DNA of 64,000 nt from Opitutaceae bacterium (lineage in GTDB: Bacteria > Verrucomicrobiota > Verrucomicrobiia > Opitutales > Coraliomargaritaceae): contig JBPOFY010000003.1 in NCBI GenBank assembly GCA_051252375.1, positions 426,259-490,258 of the forward strand, given 5' to 3'. A program made the position numbers and the translations under genes. This document shows, piece by piece, positions 60,407 through 64,000 of this stretch (the first letter of the stretch is position 1; every line of letters starts with the position of its first letter). The notes beneath the pieces are model-generated. The model did not search any database and was not told the origin of the DNA. It saw only the letters and a list, made by a program, of their open reading frames with translations.

Positions 60407-63400
60407 ATGAAAAAAATATCCCTAATTTTTGCCCTTTTGCTGTCTGTTGGCGGCGGATTCGCCCATGCTGGAGAAACGGAGCTGTTGGCTGCCTATCAAG
60501 GGCTGGAAGACCACATCAACGGAACGGCCACCCTCAGCGCTGCTCAGCTCACTACCAGGGGCAACATCGTTAAGAGCAATAAAAACTTTGCCGGTGATTC
60601 CGCTGCTTCCATCACGGCTTCGCTCGACCTCGTGACGACCTACCAAAACCAGGCCGCTCCCATTTTCAGCGATGAGTTCTCCCGGACAGACGATTCGACT
60701 CAGTTCAAGGCACTCCGGCTCGCCATGGTCGAAGTTCATCAAGCCATCATCGACGATGTCTACAATGCCTCGAATCTCGCGAGCCACCGGACCCTACTCG
60801 ACGGTTTTAAATTCGAATCCGCTGACAAGTTCCCCGGGCAGATCTCCGGTCCTTCTAATACCACTGCGGTCTACTCGGTGCAGATCAATGCTTCGCAGCC
60901 TGCTGCGTATGGCTACCCCGTCGATTATGGCGACGAGCATGCCCGCCGTCCCACCGGTGCCTACCTCACTCCCGGACGCATCGCTACGGTCACGGTTCCC
61001 GCCAACTTGGTCGGAAAAGGCTACCGGATTCGGGTGGGTGCCCACGTGCACGACCTGCAGAATCGTCCGAATAACTTAAAACGCTTCGACCGTGTCACTC
61101 GCACTTATCCCATCAATAATGTCGCTACCGAGATTGCCAGCCCGCTCGGTGGAGGGATCTACATCGAAGTCCCCTACGAAGTAGAGGAGGGGTTGGCCAC
61201 CATCGAGTTCCAGAATACGGTTCGTGCTCCATTTTACTCAAATACAGTCGCTCGGCAGACCACCAATACCGAGTGGCAGAATACCGAGCGCGGCCATCCT
61301 GGACCATGGGCAGATTTTGAAACGGATAAGTTCATGATGACAGTTCCCACGGCTTGGATTTACAATTACGCAAACCCTGTGGCGCTTATGAATAATTGGG
61401 ACCTTGCGATGGATGCCTGCTCCGATCTGCAAGGCCTCCCTCGGCTGCGCCCAAAGACGGTCCTCTACGTGATTATAGACGTGACCCTAAAAGCGAATGT
61501 CTTTTCGCCAGGATACCCGCAATCGAATGATAATTTCGACCCGACCCCGTCGACCGCCTACAACGGCAACCGAGACCACGACTACCTCAACGGGCCGCAA
61601 TTCGCTGACGAGGTGGCTTTTCACGAATTCGGGCACGCCTCGTCTATCAACAAGTTTACCGGAGAGACCGAATCGATCGTCAATCTATACGCTGTCCCTA
61701 TCTTAAACAGGATGTTCGATGTCCCGCTTGAGGAAGCGTTCGGGAAGTCGATGAATTATGATACCAACGGACGGATGAACCGCATGGACGCTGCCATTAA
61801 TTGGGCGGTTCATGCGAAATTCCGCAGTGGCCAACCGATGACGGGCGATGAAATGAAATACCAGCACCGCGGCTATGGGAAATACGTTGAGATAGCGGCT
61901 CTTTTTGGCTGGGATGCCTTGGGGGATTTCTGGAAGTCGGTCGCATTCGATTATGAGGAACTCGGAGTCTCCTATGATAAAAATAACGATCCGGCAGACA
62001 GCCGGATCATTCGGATGTCGAACGCAGCCAATGCAAATCTGCTTCCTCTCATCCATTTCTGGGGCGTGCATCCGGGTGACGCTGCAGACATCCAAGAGAA
62101 ATTGGACTTTCAAGGGATCAAACCTTCCCCAGCTATCTACGATCGCTTGAAGTTTTATCAGTCAGTCATTCCGATGAATGCTACCCAGTTCGCTGCCCAC
62201 CGCAGTCGCATCACGGGTCTCATGAGTGTCGACGACCAGCCTAATTACGAAATTTGGAAAACCTCTTGGACTGCCGCCATGGGACAAGCGTCAAAAGATG
62301 AGATCCAAGCTATCATCGACCTGTATTTCCCCAATGGTCGCCCCGTCGAGCCACTGCCTCACTACGAAGATTTCGAAGATGGTGTAGGAGGATGGGCCCA
62401 GGCCACCGATGACGACCACGAGTGGCGCCATCACAGCGGTCCCACCTTGTCCCCGGCGGCAGGTCCCGACGGTGCTGCCGGGGGTGAATACTATATGTAT
62501 GCCGAAGGCCACGATGCGACCGGATCTGACAAGACCACTTCCTTCCAATGCATCTTCGACTTCAGTATCGTCCAGCCGACGGTCTTGAGCTTCGACTACC
62601 ATATGTATGGTAACTATATCGACTTCCTGGCAGTCGACATTTTCGACGGTAATACTTGGACGAACGACGTCTGGATCCAGAACGGTCACCCGCAGGCGAA
62701 CAGCAGCGCCCCGTGGGCTTCTGCGATCGTCGATCTCACTTCTTTTACCGGCAACGATGAGGTGACGGTTCGCTTCAGGACGAAGAATACTCAATGGAAT
62801 TCAGCTGACCCTGCTATCGACAATGTGAGGATTGATGTCCCCCTGCCGATACTTCCGTTTGCAGACAGCTTCGAGGGTGGACTTGATAGCTCATGGGTAA
62901 AGTCCACCGGCGCAGACTCCTTTTTCGTCGTGAACAACGGGGGCACGGACACAGCCGCCTCCGGCCCAAGCGGAGCTTCGGATGGCAACAACTACATTTA
63001 CGCCGAAGGCCATACTGGCATCGTCGGATATAAGTCCGCCGGGATCGAACGCCAATTCGATTTTAGCAACGCCAGTGATGTTGTCCTCAATTTCGACTAC
63101 CACATGTATGGCGGTGAAATTGATTACCTAGCGGTGGATATCCATGACGGAACGCAATGGATTGAGGACGTTTGGCAACGGAATAACCAACAACACTCGA
63201 GCAATAGCGATCCCTGGTCGACCGCAACGGTCGATCTCTCTGCATATCCGAATCTTCCGAGTGTGACGATCCGCTTTCGCACCGGGCAGAAGAGGTATGG
63301 AGCCTCGGATGTCGCGATCGATAACTTTGCGTTGTCTGCTACGATAGCCCCGGTTCCTCCAGTCGCTGATGACCTCACCGTGTCAGGCCTCCAAGGCAAC

Positions 63401-64000
63401 AGTATAGCTATCACCCTCAGTGCTTCGGATGCTAATGGAGATCCCCTTACTTACTCCGTGGTGACACCTCCAAGTAACGGCATGCTGAGTGGCAGCGCTC
63501 CCGATTTGACTTATACCCCGGATGCAGGTTTTGTCGGAACGGATACTTTCACCTACATAGCCAACGATGGTGGATTTGATAGTGCTCCGGCAACCGTCTC
63601 AATTACGAATGTGAATGCGATTGTTTATTATGATCACACTGCAGGCAGTACCATCCCAACTACAGTGTATGTAGGCATCAGCTCATCAGCGGCATTGGGC
63701 GGGAATTTGGCTGGCGGTACTATCGCCACCACCATCGATCAATTGTCCGCCGCTGAGGGGAATGGGCTTGATGGTAATATTGCTTTGGATAACTTTGATC
63801 ATTATTTCACATACGCAGTCAGTTCGGGAGGCGACCTTTTTACATACACCAGTCTAATCCTAGACGCCTATGCGAAGGATGCCAACCGACGCTATCAAAT
63901 TAGTTATACCATCGCAGGTGGACCTGAAGTGTTTCTCACCACTGGCCCAGTCGAAACAGGCGATTTGGACGATGTCGGTAACCCTGATACATACGACTTC
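60407..64000 (+). CDS. Second M60-like metallopeptidase (partial, runs off window): two MAM domains plus a cadherin/Big_9-like Ig domain
   Basis: Absent from the ORF track because no stop is reached. Translates MKKISLIFALLLSVGGGFAHAGETELL; in-frame HEFGH at 61622; MAM units at 62354 and 62852; ITLSASDANGDPLTY...YTP..GFVGTDTFTY near 63410-63560. Confidence 0.88.
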   Translation, partial: MKKISLIFALLLSVGGGFAHAGETELLAAYQGLEDHINGTATLSAAQLTTRGNIVKSNKNFAGDSAASITASLDLVTTYQNQAAPIFSDEFSRTDDSTQFKALRLAMVEVHQAIIDDVYNASNLASHRTLLDGFKFESADKFPGQISGPSNTTAVYSVQINASQPAAYGYPVDYGDEHARRPTGAYLTPGRIATVTVPANLVGKGYRIRVGAHVHDLQNRPNNLKRFDRVTRTYPINNVATEIASPLGGGIYIEVPYEVEEGLATIEFQNTVRAPFYSNTVARQTTNTEWQNTERGHPGPWADFETDKFMMTVPTAWIYNYANPVALMNNWDLAMDACSDLQGLPRLRPKTVLYVIIDVTLKANVFSPGYPQSNDNFDPTPSTAYNGNRDHDYLNGPQFADEVAFHEFGHASSINKFTGETESIVNLYAVPILNRMFDVPLEEAFGKSMNYDTNGRMNRMDAAINWAVHAKFRSGQPMTGDEMKYQHRGYGKYVEIAALFGWDALGDFWKSVAFDYEELGVSYDKNNDPADSRIIRMSNAANANLLPLIHFWGVHPGDAADIQEKLDFQGIKPSPAIYDRLKFYQSVIPMNATQFAAHRSRITGLMSVDDQPNYEIWKTSWTAAMGQASKDEIQAIIDLYFPNGRPVEPLPHYEDFEDGVGGWAQATDDDHEWRHHSGPTLSPAAGPDGAAGGEYYMYAEGHDATGSDKTTSFQCIFDFSIVQPTVLSFDYHMYGNYIDFLAVDIFDGNTWTNDVWIQNGHPQANSSAPWASAIVDLTSFTGNDEVTVRFRTKNTQWNSADPAIDNVRIDVPLPILPFADSFEGGLDSSWVKSTGADSFFVVNNGGTDTAASGPSGASDGNNYIYAEGHTGIVGYKSAGIERQFDFSNASDVVLNFDYHMYGGEIDYLAVDIHDGTQWIEDVWQRNNQQHSSNSDPWSTATVDLSAYPNLPSVTIRFRTGQKRYGASDVAIDNFALSATIAPVPPVADDLTVSGLQGNSIAITLSASDANGDPLTYSVVTPPSNGMLSGSAPDLTYTPDAGFVGTDTFTYIANDGGFDSAPATVSITNVNAIVYYDHTAGSTIPTTVYVGISSSAALGGNLAGGTIATTIDQLSAAEGNGLDGNIALDNFDHYFTYAVSSGGDLFTYTSLILDAYAKDANRRYQISYTIAGGPEVFLTTGPVETGDLDDVGNPDTYDF

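Noticed and set aside
57747..63335. CRISPR-like periodic repeats (TTCGACTACCACATGTATGG)
   Set aside because: The period is ~500 bp and in frame, so these are coding MAM repeats; no cas genes are present.
519..63414. Many short ORFs antisense to or overlapping the called genes (e.g. 15644-16270, 24242-24820, 27292-27945, 52267-52854, 62291-62794)
   Set aside because: They lie within well-supported genes and show no motifs; treated as shadow ORFs.
60407..64000. Apparent gene-free or pseudogene region in the ORF track
   Set aside because: The same plus-strand frame holds at the start, at HEFGH, at both MAM units and at the window end; it is missing only because the stop lies outside the window.
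1..64000. tRNA, rRNA, IS transposases, prophage genes, formylglycine-generating enzyme, exosortase
   Set aside because: None recognised in this window; the sulfatase maturase and exosortase are presumably encoded elsewhere.

Overview
A 64-kb glycan/glycoprotein-foraging region. The PEP-CTERM protein, many sulfatases, ECF-kinase pair and lack of SusC/SusD suggest a PVC-superphylum bacterium, probably a marine Verrucomicrobium (inference). Enzymes: five Cys-type sulfatases, GH35, GH2, GH29 and GH36(Sip1)-like glycosidases, a sialate O-acetylesterase-like protein, a PhoD-like protein, a ThuA/ThuA/Gfo-Idh-MocA/TIM-barrel epimerase cluster, and two tandem M60-like metallopeptidases with MAM repeats (the second runs off the right end). 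No sugar transporter or TonB-dependent receptor is recognisable. Instead there are two paralogous, outward-facing envelope modules: ~1030-aa TPR, ~375-aa TPR-like, ExbB/TolQ. The complete copy continues ExbD, ExbD and two TonB-like proteins (SxxxH anchor, poly-Pro) that end in vWA-like or PA14-like heads rather than a TonB-C domain. This module is the best candidate for an undescribed PMF-driven uptake or export machine. Other notable signals: a Ser/Thr kinase with a WNK-like lysine swap, a recurring C-terminal domain that occupies the position of PEP-CTERM on paralogous proteins, a solitary integron-like gene cassette, and a likely gene-conversion tract. All calls come from reading motifs by eye; no searches were run.
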